Positions 9,033 to 18,191 of a stretch of 33,514 nucleotides of DNA are shown here, in pieces. The DNA lies in assembly GCA_039586365.1 (NCBI GenBank), contig JBDHKN010000052.1, forward strand, positions 1-33,514, read 5' to 3'. This DNA is from Gemmatimonadota bacterium. GTDB lineage: Bacteria > Gemmatimonadota > Gemmatimonadetes > Gemmatimonadales > GWC2-71-9. Position 1 is the stretch's first letter, and each line of letters starts with the position of its first letter. The position numbers and the translations under genes are program-made. Below the pieces are notes generated by a model, which saw only the letters and a list, made by a program, of their open reading frames with translations, did no database searches and was not told where the DNA came from.

Positions 9033-9199
9033 GAATCGTTCCCGAGGATGTGGTTATGAGGGCACATTTTAGCTGCTGTTACGAAGCGCTGTCAAACCGT
9101 GCCTCATCCGGGCTTGCGCCGCTGCACCAAACGGGACCTGTCGTGACCTCGTGCACCTGCTGCTGAGGCTGTAGAATATGGCTTCAGCGAGGAGGCAAA

Positions 9200-10657
9200 A
9201 TGACCTTTGTGGAAACCCTGACACCGAACAGCTTGTGGAAGCACTTCGACCAAATCCTGGCGATTCCACGCGGATCCAAGAATGAAGATCAGATCCGCAA
9301 GCACGTTGTGGGACTAGCCAGACAACACGGACTTGAGTGCCTGGTCGACACGACTGGCAACGTGGTGGTACGCAAGCCTGCATCGCGCGGCTGCGAGGAC
9401 GCCCCGATCACCATACTCCAGAGCCACATGGACATGGTAAATGAGAAGAACTCGGATGTCGCTCATGACTTCGAGAAGGACCCAATCGTTCCCGTGCGAG
9501 ACGGGGACTACCTGACTGCGTCTGGAACCACGCTAGGCTCCGACAACGGTATTGGCGTCGCCACCATGCTGGCCGTCATGGAAGTCCAGGAACTCGTGCA
9601 TGGTCCGCTCGAGCTGCTCTTCACCATTGACGAAGAAACTGGGCTCACCGGGGCGTCTGGTCTCGACGGGAACCTGTTGAACGGCAGGCAGTTGGTCAAT
9701 CTGGATTCGGAAGAGGAGGGCGCGGTATATGTGGGCTGCTCCGGAGGAGCAGACACAAACCTGACACTGGATCTCCACAAGGTGCCGACTGCGGCCGGTC
9801 ATGAGGCTCGCAAGATCCGGCTGCACGGGCTCAAGGGAGGCCACTCTGGCGTGGACATTCACATCCAGCGCGGCAACGCGGTTCAGCTTCTCGCACGGGC
9901 TCTTCACTCCATTTCCCTGAGGCAGCCATTTCATCTCGCGACTCTAAAGGGGGGCGGGGTGCACAACGCCATTCCTCGGGAAGCCTTTGCCACGGTCGTC
10001 GGCTCACACGACGAGTTGCAGTCGTTCGCCGCGGCTCTGGACCGTGAAATGACAGCCATCCAGGAGGAATTCCGAGCCGTTGAGCCGGACATGGAGCTCG
10101 TACTCTCGGAGTGCGACACTCCATCGGAAGTGCTCGACGCTGCCACTGCAAAGATGGTGTTGGGGCTCGTCACCGCCCTGCCGCATGGCGTCGTGAGCAT
10201 GAGCCACGATATCCCAGACTTGGTCGAGACCAGCACCAATTTGGCCACGGTAGCACCAAGCAACGGCAACTTGGTTGTTGGCCTGAGTAGCCGCTCATCC
10301 GTCGACACAGCTCTCAACGCACTACGACAGAAGATCAGAGCAATTGCTGAGATGGCAGGGGCCGCGGTCCAGGAGGGAAATGCGTATCCCGGATGGAAGC
10401 CCAATCTCGACTCGCACCTCCTTCACGTGGTCAAACAGGTGCACGTGCGGGTGCTAGGGAAGGAACCGGAGATAAAGGCAATCCACGCCGGACTCGAATG
10501 CGGCATAATCGGCGAGAAGGCTAGTGGAATGGACATGATCTCCATTGGGCCGCAGATCGAATTCCCGCATTCACCGGACGAGCGGGTGAAGATAGATTCG
10601 GTTGGCAAGTTCTATGATCTGCTAGTGGCGACCCTCGAGGAGTTGGCCCAACCGTAG
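9200..10657 (+). CDS. pepD: Aminoacyl-histidine dipeptidase (M20C)
   Basis: QSHMDMV, GSDNGIG, DEETG, NLDSEE, GGHSG, HAGLECG, HSPDE; 485 aa. Confidence 0.95.
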   Translation: MTFVETLTPNSLWKHFDQILAIPRGSKNEDQIRKHVVGLARQHGLECLVDTTGNVVVRKPASRGCEDAPITILQSHMDMVNEKNSDVAHDFEKDPIVPVRDGDYLTASGTTLGSDNGIGVATMLAVMEVQELVHGPLELLFTIDEETGLTGASGLDGNLLNGRQLVNLDSEEEGAVYVGCSGGADTNLTLDLHKVPTAAGHEARKIRLHGLKGGHSGVDIHIQRGNAVQLLARALHSISLRQPFHLATLKGGGVHNAIPREAFATVVGSHDELQSFAAALDREMTAIQEEFRAVEPDMELVLSECDTPSEVLDAATAKMVLGLVTALPHGVVSMSHDIPDLVETSTNLATVAPSNGNLVVGLSSRSSVDTALNALRQKIRAIAEMAGAAVQEGNAYPGWKPNLDSHLLHVVKQVHVRVLGKEPEIKAIHAGLECGIIGEKASGMDMISIGPQIEFPHSPDERVKIDSVGKFYDLLVATLEELAQP

Positions 10658-10707
10658 GCTGTGGGGGCCACACAGCGAAGATCTCGATTGGGGAGACCCG
10701 CGGCGAG

Positions 10708-10941
10708 TTAGAGTGGACGCGCCCGCTCGAAGACGCGGAGCAGATCGCCGTCAGCCGTGTCGTCAATAGAGTCCTTTGCGCCTGGAGACAAAGCGGCGTA
10801 CCTGTGCGGTAAACGTCGGTCCAGGCACGTGAACTGTACAATGGGTTGGCTGACTTTGGGGTTGAGGTAGGCTGACGCCTTGGCACGACTGATGACTTCC
10901 ACTTGCCAGCTCAGACCGTTGCTGTCTATGATCTTGCGCAT
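10708..10941 (-). CDS. Small hypothetical protein (77 aa)
   Basis: Fills the pepD-M42 gap without overlap; plausible composition (W-x-V beta pattern, C-terminal 'L..F.RA' helix). Confidence 0.6.
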   Translation of the reverse strand: MRKIIDSNGLSWQVEVISRAKASAYLNPKVSQPIVQFTCLDRRLPHRYAALSPGAKDSIDDTADGDLLRVFERARPL

Positions 10942-11007
10942 CGGTTTTGAAGCAACCAGACCGCTGGTTGATAATCAGACGACTGTCTTCTCCTGAATAT
11001 AAGGGCC

Positions 11008-12075
11008 ATGAACCAGAGATCCCTTGCGTTCTTGACACGTTTGCTAGACTCACCCGGCCCATCCGGGTTCGAGACAGCTCCAGCACGAGTGTGGCGTGAC
11101 GAAGCCACCGAGTTTGCCGCTCAAGTCTCCACCGACGTGTCGGGGAACTCTGTCGCCGCCATCAATCCCGACAGTCGTCCACGGGTGATGCTCGCAGGTC
11201 ACATTGACGAAATCGGTCTGATGGTCGTGCACGTGGATGACGACGGGTACCTGTATTTCTCGACAATCGGTGGATGGGACCCGCAGGTACTGGTTGGGCA
11301 ACGGGTGCTTATCGCCAGTAAGAATAGGCAGGTTGATGGTGTCATCGGTAAGAAAGCCGTGCATATGCTGGATACTGAAGAACGTGGTCAGGTGTCGAAA
11401 GTGTCATCACTGTGGATCGACATTGGCGCCAAGTCTAAGAAGGATGCGCTCAGGCGCATCCGAGTTGGAGATCCCGCCGTCTTGGCCGTTCCAACGGTGC
11501 GGCTTCCCAACGGACGCCTCATTTCCCGGAGCATAGACAACCGCATCGGTGCGTTCGTCGTCCTAGAGGCGCTGCGGATCCTCGCCAACAGGCGGCCCAA
11601 GACCGGTGTATACGCTGTCGCCACGAGTCAGGAAGAAATCGGATGGTCTGGGGGTGGTGCGCGCACCAGCGCTACCCGGATCGACCCAGACGTTGCAGTC
11701 GTGGTGGACGTCTGCCACGCCACCGACCATCCCGACGCCGAGAAGAAGAGGCATGGCGATTTCAAACTGGGCGGTGGACCTGTGATCTCACGTGGCTCAG
11801 CCGCCAATCCTCAGGTTGTGGAGATGCTCATCGAAACTGCCGAGGCCCAGCGAATCCCCTATGCTCTAGCTGCGGCCCCCAGCGACACGGGCACCGACGC
11901 CGATGCCATATTCTCGGCCCGGCAGGGAATCGCCACAGGACTGGTGTCGATACCCAACCGCTATATGCATAGCCCTAACGAGATGGTGGACCTGGCTGAC
12001 GTGGAGCGAGCGGCCAAACTCCTTGCAGCATTTGCACGGCGTGTGACTGGCAAGACGGACTTCACACCGCATTAG
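11008..12075 (+). CDS. M42 family (TET-like) metallo-aminopeptidase
   Basis: PGPSGFE, AGHIDEIG, IGGWDP, DNRIG, QEEIG, GTDA, RYMHSPNE. Confidence 0.95.
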   Translation: MNQRSLAFLTRLLDSPGPSGFETAPARVWRDEATEFAAQVSTDVSGNSVAAINPDSRPRVMLAGHIDEIGLMVVHVDDDGYLYFSTIGGWDPQVLVGQRVLIASKNRQVDGVIGKKAVHMLDTEERGQVSKVSSLWIDIGAKSKKDALRRIRVGDPAVLAVPTVRLPNGRLISRSIDNRIGAFVVLEALRILANRRPKTGVYAVATSQEEIGWSGGGARTSATRIDPDVAVVVDVCHATDHPDAEKKRHGDFKLGGGPVISRGSAANPQVVEMLIETAEAQRIPYALAAAPSDTGTDADAIFSARQGIATGLVSIPNRYMHSPNEMVDLADVERAAKLLAAFARRVTGKTDFTPH

Positions 12076-12349
12076 CCGCCCCCTCAAGAGGGCGGCACCA
12101 CCTACGCCACAGCCCCACACAGCTGTAAGGGCGGAAGGTCGAGGGACGCTGCGGAACCAACCGAGCTACCGTGGTGGAGCGGGATGCGCTTACGCGGAGA
12201 TGAGGGGAAGGGTAGGCGCGGCATCGTCCTCCACATTAGGTTTCCTCCTCGCTCCGGCCGCCGTCGTGGCACCGACGAGCAGTGCCATTACCCGCAAGTT
12301 GGGGTAACACGTGGGTAGCAGAGAGAATCCTTAGGACACTCGAAGGCCT

Positions 12350-13642
12350 ATGTACTGTCTCAGCCAACATGTTCGCAAACACGCAGTCGCGGTGCTCGTA
12401 GCCACGCAGGCTGCAACCCTCAACACAGTATTAACCAAGCAACTCAGCGGGCAGACAGCCGCCGAGCGGATCCGGGCGGACATTCGCTACCTGGCAGATG
12501 ATGCGCGACAGGGCCGCGGCGTCGGTACCGTGGGCCTCGACTCCGCGGCTCAGTATATCGCACGTCAGCTCCAGCTTGCGGGGATCGCTCCGGGTGGTAC
12601 GGACGGGTACTTCCAGCCATTCGACATCGATCCCAGCGCACCGGCAATGGCACACTCCGGTCTAGGTGGAGCCGCTGTGAAGAATGTCATCGGAGTGATT
12701 CCCGGCCGCGGGAGCCTCGCCGAGCAGGTCGTTGTCCTCGGCGCTCATTACGATCATCTAGGGTTTGGTGGAGCGGGAAGTCTGGACCCCGATAGCGTTG
12801 GCGTCGTGCACAACGGAGCAGACGACAACGCTTCTGGAACGGCCGCTCTGCTCGAGACCGCCCGTATTCTGACCGGTCGGGCAGCTGACAACGCACGGAC
12901 TATCGTGTTTGTCGCATTCACTGCCGAAGAACTGGGGCTCATCGGTTCAGATTACTACGTGAAACACCCAGCACGCCCGAATGAAGCCACCTACGCCATG
13001 GTCAATCTGGACATGGTGGGCCGGCTAGCAGACAACAAGCTCGTCACTGTCGGGACTGGGTCGGCCGAGGAACTCGGGATGCTCTTGGATTCAGTGAACA
13101 CAGTAAACGGTTTCGAATTGAGTCAGTTGGACGACCCCTGGGGCCGCAGCGACCATTCGTCGTTCTATACCGCCAAGATCCCGGTGGTACACCTCTTCAC
13201 CGACACCCACCCAGACTACCATCGAACCACTGACGACTGGGACAAGATCAACGTGTACGGCGCCGCGCGTGTTGCCTGGTTAGCCGCAGACCTCGGCTGG
13301 TCCTTCGCCACCAGACGGGACGCTCTGAGCTACAGTGAGGTTCCCCAACCGGTGCAGACCGTGGCTGGTGGATATGGCGCATACCTCGGTACGATCCCCG
13401 ACATGAGTAGCACGCCCGGAGGGGTTCGTTTGAACGGCGTCCGGACAGATAGTCCAGCTGAGCATGCGGGCATGCGGACCGGGGACATCCTGGTCCAACT
13501 GGGTGAGCACGAAGTGAAGGACCTCTACGGCATGACCGATGCGCTTGGGGCTCACAAGCCAGGAGACGTCGTGAAGATCGTGGTGCTGCGAGACGGTGAC
13601 CGGGTAGAACTCACCGCCACGCTCGGCAAACGTGGTGGCTGA
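12350..13642 (+). CDS. M28 family peptidase with C-terminal PDZ domain
   Basis: GAHYDHLG, NGADDNASG, AEELGL.GS, NLDMVG, SDH.SF, DYH...D; C-terminal YLGTIPD...SPA..AG...GD PDZ. Start uncertain. Confidence 0.92.
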   Translation: MYCLSQHVRKHAVAVLVATQAATLNTVLTKQLSGQTAAERIRADIRYLADDARQGRGVGTVGLDSAAQYIARQLQLAGIAPGGTDGYFQPFDIDPSAPAMAHSGLGGAAVKNVIGVIPGRGSLAEQVVVLGAHYDHLGFGGAGSLDPDSVGVVHNGADDNASGTAALLETARILTGRAADNARTIVFVAFTAEELGLIGSDYYVKHPARPNEATYAMVNLDMVGRLADNKLVTVGTGSAEELGMLLDSVNTVNGFELSQLDDPWGRSDHSSFYTAKIPVVHLFTDTHPDYHRTTDDWDKINVYGAARVAWLAADLGWSFATRRDALSYSEVPQPVQTVAGGYGAYLGTIPDMSSTPGGVRLNGVRTDSPAEHAGMRTGDILVQLGEHEVKDLYGMTDALGAHKPGDVVKIVVLRDGDRVELTATLGKRGG

Positions 13643-13740
13643 CCCGACACCCATCTCCGACAACATAGTGCAGACGCTCCACTGCTCGGCCTGGCGTGGG
13701 GTGTCTCGTCGACTGTGAGGCCGGGGCCTGTCGCTCTGTT

Positions 13741-14598
13741 GTGAGCAAACCTGACAAGTCAGCCGCGCTGCAAGAGTACATCCCTGTCAACGGCGCCGTG
13801 ATCTTCAGCCGTGCACTTGGTCGTGGGCCAGACGTCGTGGTGCTGCATGGGGGTCCAGGAGCGAATCATGCCACCCTGCTGCCGCAGTTCGACTCCTTGG
13901 CCCTAAACCGCCGACTGCTATACTACGATCAACGAGGTAGTGGTGACTCTTCTGCTTCACCCGGCGCACCACTCGGCTGGCGCCAGCATGTTGACGACCT
14001 GGACGTCCTCCTCGATCACTGGCAATGCCCGGCCGCAACTCTTCTGGGTCACTCATGGGGCGGCTTGCTCGCTTTGCTCTACACCGTCAGGCATCCGACT
14101 CGGGTCAATAGGCTTGCGCTCGTCTCTCCCGCACCCGTGACTGCCAGGGGCCAACAGGAGTTCAATCGACGTCTAGATCGGCGACTGCGGGATTCGTGGC
14201 TCGAGCGCGAGCGAGACGCTCTCGAAGTCTCTGACTTGAGGCATCGTGAGCCAAGCCAATACAGACAGCGCTCGTTCGAGCTGTCCATCAGTCCGTATTT
14301 GAGAGACCCCGATCGGGCCAAGGACGTGAAGCGATTCGTAGTGTCGAGCCGGGTCCGGGATGCTGTATGGCGCAGTCTGGCCCAGTACGATTTGACGGCC
14401 GAGTTGTCCAGGCTCGCTGTACCTTCACTTGTGATTCATGGTCGCTTCGATCCCATTCCGCTTTCATCGTCGGAGCGGATCGCGCACTTTTTGGCAGCCC
14501 AGCTAGAAGTCTTTGAGGAGTCGGCGCATCTGCCCTTTCTAGAGGAGTTCGCACGTTTCGTCGCGGTGCTAGACAGATTCCTGCCGAGAGACCAATAG
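13741..14598 (+). CDS. Alpha/beta hydrolase, proline iminopeptidase-like
   Basis: LHGGPG, YDQRGSG.S, nucleophile elbow GHSWGG, HG..D, SAH.P..E. Start uncertain (13696 or 13741). Confidence 0.85.
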   Translation: MSKPDKSAALQEYIPVNGAVIFSRALGRGPDVVVLHGGPGANHATLLPQFDSLALNRRLLYYDQRGSGDSSASPGAPLGWRQHVDDLDVLLDHWQCPAATLLGHSWGGLLALLYTVRHPTRVNRLALVSPAPVTARGQQEFNRRLDRRLRDSWLERERDALEVSDLRHREPSQYRQRSFELSISPYLRDPDRAKDVKRFVVSSRVRDAVWRSLAQYDLTAELSRLAVPSLVIHGRFDPIPLSSSERIAHFLAAQLEVFEESAHLPFLEEFARFVAVLDRFLPRDQ

Positions 14599-15245
14599 TG
14601 AGTCGAATTGCGCCGTTCGAGCTTGCGTTTGCCGGGGTGGAAGCGCAATTCGAGAAGGTGCGAGAGGAGGCAGCATCGTCCCGGATCGACGTAACCGATC
14701 CAATGCTCTTTGTTTCTCTGCCTTCAGTTCAGCGGATCCTCAAGCAGATCGAGTCACCACAGCTACTTGCTGACAACCCAGCCGCTATCGGAGAATATCA
14801 CATGCTGCTGTACCTGGGGTTCCGGTCCTGGGATGCTGGTAAGGTGGTCAGGGACGTTGCGCAACTCCCCGATTGCGTTACAGAGAGATTGTGCGCGGTC
14901 CCCAGTGATGCGTGCTACCTGCGGTTCCCCGAGCGGTGGTTCTGGGCACAGATCGATCAGCAGGCACCTCACGAGCCACTCGATGGAGTTTTCGTAGCCC
15001 AGTCTTCGGACCTACGGCAGCTCAACGCACTCGCCGTTCTCGGGATGCGCCCGGAACGAGGCGGTTTCAGTCAGATATCCGTGACGGCTGCTTTCGAGGA
15101 CCTCCCTGCCGCCCGGCTTGTTTCTAGGACACCTCGATTCGCTCCAACGATGGCGGGTGGCGCGGCGGCGGGATTCAAATCGTTGGCGTCGCTGGGTGAG
15201 TTGCTTCTCCTGACCCAACTCGCGCTGGCTGAGATAGCGAGCTAG
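14598..15245 (+). CDS. Hypothetical protein (215 aa)
   Basis: Long ORF with a TAGTG stop/start overlap to the hydrolase; no family recognised. Confidence 0.7.
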   Translation: MSRIAPFELAFAGVEAQFEKVREEAASSRIDVTDPMLFVSLPSVQRILKQIESPQLLADNPAAIGEYHMLLYLGFRSWDAGKVVRDVAQLPDCVTERLCAVPSDACYLRFPERWFWAQIDQQAPHEPLDGVFVAQSSDLRQLNALAVLGMRPERGGFSQISVTAAFEDLPAARLVSRTPRFAPTMAGGAAAGFKSLASLGELLLLTQLALAEIAS

Positions 15246-15281
15246 GTTCTTGCTGGTACTTCTTGACTGGTCAGAACTTCT

Positions 15282-15941
15282 GTGGCAACCAGGGACTCAC
15301 AACCGTCAGTGAAGAGCGCAAAGGACAGGATCAGACCGATCATTGGGAGGCTCAAAAAGGCCTTCCCCGAAGCGCAGTGTTCGCTCAACCACAGGGACCC
15401 ACTCCAGTTGCTGGTTGCAACGATTCTGAGCGCACAGTGCACCGATGAGCGAGTGAATATCGTTACGAAGACATTGTTTCGGGAATACGAGACTGCTCGC
15501 GACTACGCCGACGCGGACCCCAAGACCTTTGCCGAACAAATCAAGTCCACGGGTTTCTACCGCAACAAGACCAAATCCATCATCGAGATGGCCCAGACTC
15601 TGTTGGAGCGACATGACGGGCAAGTTCCTCAGACTATGGACCAGTTGATCGAACTGCCTGGCGTGGGGCGAAAGACGGCAAATGTCGTATTGGGCAACGC
15701 GTTCGGAATAGATGAAGGGATCGTCGTCGATACTCACGTCAAGCGGATCGCTAATAGGCTCAACCTGACCAGCAACGAGAATCCTGAGAAGATCGAACAG
15801 GACCTGGTGCAATTGGTGCCGAAATCCGACTGGACTCTGTTCCCCCACCTACTCATTCATCACGGTCGGACGATCTGCCAAGCACGGGTGCCCAAATGTG
15901 AGATCTGCACAATCAATCGTTTCTGCCCCTCCTCATCATGA
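15282..15941 (+). CDS. nth: Endonuclease III
   Basis: LLVATILSAQCTD, HhH LPGVGRKTA, VDTHV.R, 4Fe-4S motif C-x6-C-x2-C-x5-C. Confidence 0.97.
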   Translation: MATRDSQPSVKSAKDRIRPIIGRLKKAFPEAQCSLNHRDPLQLLVATILSAQCTDERVNIVTKTLFREYETARDYADADPKTFAEQIKSTGFYRNKTKSIIEMAQTLLERHDGQVPQTMDQLIELPGVGRKTANVVLGNAFGIDEGIVVDTHVKRIANRLNLTSNENPEKIEQDLVQLVPKSDWTLFPHLLIHHGRTICQARVPKCEICTINRFCPSSS

Positions 15942-15987
15942 TCACAGGGCCCGCCAACACCCAACGAGCAAGCAGGGATGTAGCTCA

Positions 15988-16413
15988 ATGAGATTCGACT
16001 TCGCCGTCGTGTGCGACTACGCACTCATCGACCAATACGGCAAGCTGAGTGTGCTTGGAATATTCCAGCACATCTGGGTAAGCCAGTTTCCCACAGTGCA
16101 CCCCAGACTTCACCTGGTACTGAGACTCAAAGGATCCCGGACAGAGGTGGGCCAACACCAGGTGCAGATCCGACTGACCAACGAGGAAGGCAAGGAGATA
16201 ATCAAGGGTGACGGGAACGTGAATTTCGCCGAGCCGCCTGCAGGTGTCCTGGAGGTGGAGGCAGGAGCGGTGCTGCTGTTCGATGTCCCGTTCGAGAGCG
16301 CCGGGCGATACCAGTTTGAGGTCGAAGTTGACCAGGATGTGAGGATTGAAGTCCCCATCACCGTTTCCCTCAGTCCCAAAGGCCCAACGGCACGAGCCCC
16401 TAGATTGAACTAG
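15988..16413 (+). CDS. Small beta-rich protein, DUF6941-like
   Basis: 'CDYA..D..GKLSVLGIF' N-terminus and 'F...G.Y.F.V.VD' C-terminus; start ATG 15988. Confidence 0.7.
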   Translation: MRFDFAVVCDYALIDQYGKLSVLGIFQHIWVSQFPTVHPRLHLVLRLKGSRTEVGQHQVQIRLTNEEGKEIIKGDGNVNFAEPPAGVLEVEAGAVLLFDVPFESAGRYQFEVEVDQDVRIEVPITVSLSPKGPTARAPRLN

Positions 16414-16469
16414 ATACAGGTGAAGATCAACCACGTCGCAGCCCAGATCCTTCTCGAACTCAGGACACC

Positions 16470-18188
16470 GTGACAATGGTTTGCAGGACTCCGTGGCTAC
16501 TCGCCTGCGCGGTCGTGTGCCTGGTAGGTCTGGTCTACGACTTCGCCGGCTATCCGTTACTCGATCCTGACGAGGGCCGCAACGCTGAGGTCGCCCGGGA
16601 GATGTCTGTCTCGGGCGATCTAGTGCTGCCCCGCCTCAATGCGGTTCCGTATCTCGACAAGCCGGTATTGTACTTTGCGGTCGGTGCAGTCGCCATGAAG
16701 GTGCTGGGACCCACTGTCTTCGCAGCGCGACTTCCCTCACTCCTGTTCACATTCGCCACCGTGCTCGTCCTGGCGTGGTTCGGACGGAGGCTGTTTGGCC
16801 CTGATGGTGCCTGGACTGCCGCCGTGGCGACCGCCGCAACACCGTTCGCCATCGCCTATGGCCGCACAGTCATTTTCGACAGTGCGCTAACCTTCTTCGT
16901 GGTCTTGGCACTGGTCGGTTTCTACCTGTCTGTCGAGAGCTTTGAGCGGCAGGTTGAGGCCGACAGGTCGAGTGGTCGGCAGCCGGGTGAGTGGTGGACC
17001 ACGCTGGCCTGGGGAGCCATGGCACTCGGGGTTCTCACCAAAGGTCCGGTCGCGCTCGCAATCCCACTCATGGTCGCCGTACCGTTCGCCATTTGGCGAC
17101 GAGCCTGGCGGGCGCTGGCAGATCCCCTCAGCATCCTGCTGTTCGTGGCTGTCATTACCCCCTGGGTGCTGGCGATGTCACGCGAGATACCCGATTTCCT
17201 CCACTACGCCCTGGTGACCGAGACAGCACGACGCCTCACCACCGACGAATTACAGCGGCGTGGACCCCTATGGTATTTCGCTGCAGTCTTTCCTGCCGCA
17301 GCGCTGCCGTGGACGTTGATAGTAATTGGAGCGTGGCGAACCATCCGGCAGCAGCGTGACCGTTACGGCAACCTCGATGGTCGGATTGCCTATCTGTTGC
17401 TCTGGATTGCCGTACCATTACTGTTCTTCTCAATTTCACAATCGAAGCGGCCTCAATATGTGTTACCGCTCGTCCCGGCCATCGGACTCCTCGTGGCCGC
17501 AGCGTGGAGAGGGCATCCTCACAGTTACCCAGGCGCCCGCGTCGCTGCAGCTGGCCTTGCAGCTCTGGGAGCGTTCTTGATCGGTGCATCCGGGGCGATC
17601 GGGAACTTGGTGCATGCCAGCAATGCCGTTGCCCAGACCATCCCGCTTACGGCTATGGTCTTGGGTGCTGTCTGCATCATAGCAGCCGTTTGGTCCTGGG
17701 TCGGCCGGCGGCACCGCGGAATACTGTTGCTCGCGCTTGCGGTGCCAGTATCCGTAGTCCCTGTCGTAGGCTCGCGGCTCATGGATGCCGTTGGCCGTGA
17801 ACGATCCGCGCTGGAGGTAGCACGCGCCCTTCAACAGATCGGAGACTCCGGCACCCAGGTCGTGGCCGCCGCGACGTTCCCGCTATCATTGCCGTTCTAC
17901 CTGCGACGGACGGTGATCCTCTCTACAGCTGATGGATCAGAGCTCACCAGCAACTACGTCATTCGGCATTTTGATACCTGGTCTCCACGGAGTGCCACGA
18001 TTCGGCCTCCCGACTACTGGCGTGAGGCCCTGATAGCCTGCACCCGGCCCACAGCCTTCGTGGTTCGCAGCGATGACGAGGAGAAGCGCACCGTCCTCGG
18101 GGCTCAGCTCGATCTGTTGCTGGATACGGGGAAGTACGCCGCATATGGCCCTTGTGGGATGACCAATTTGGCGGACGCGGTTAGATAG
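16470..18188 (+). CDS. ArnT/PMT-like GT-C membrane glycosyltransferase
   Basis: DPDEGR.AEVAREM, YLDKPVL, ARLPS, LTKGPV, SKRPQYVLP; about 13 TM segments plus a soluble C-terminal domain. Confidence 0.92.
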   Translation: MTMVCRTPWLLACAVVCLVGLVYDFAGYPLLDPDEGRNAEVAREMSVSGDLVLPRLNAVPYLDKPVLYFAVGAVAMKVLGPTVFAARLPSLLFTFATVLVLAWFGRRLFGPDGAWTAAVATAATPFAIAYGRTVIFDSALTFFVVLALVGFYLSVESFERQVEADRSSGRQPGEWWTTLAWGAMALGVLTKGPVALAIPLMVAVPFAIWRRAWRALADPLSILLFVAVITPWVLAMSREIPDFLHYALVTETARRLTTDELQRRGPLWYFAAVFPAAALPWTLIVIGAWRTIRQQRDRYGNLDGRIAYLLLWIAVPLLFFSISQSKRPQYVLPLVPAIGLLVAAAWRGHPHSYPGARVAAAGLAALGAFLIGASGAIGNLVHASNAVAQTIPLTAMVLGAVCIIAAVWSWVGRRHRGILLLALAVPVSVVPVVGSRLMDAVGRERSALEVARALQQIGDSGTQVVAAATFPLSLPFYLRRTVILSTADGSELTSNYVIRHFDTWSPRSATIRPPDYWREALIACTRPTAFVVRSDDEEKRTVLGAQLDLLLDTGKYAAYGPCGMTNLADAVR

Positions 18189-18191
18189 GGC

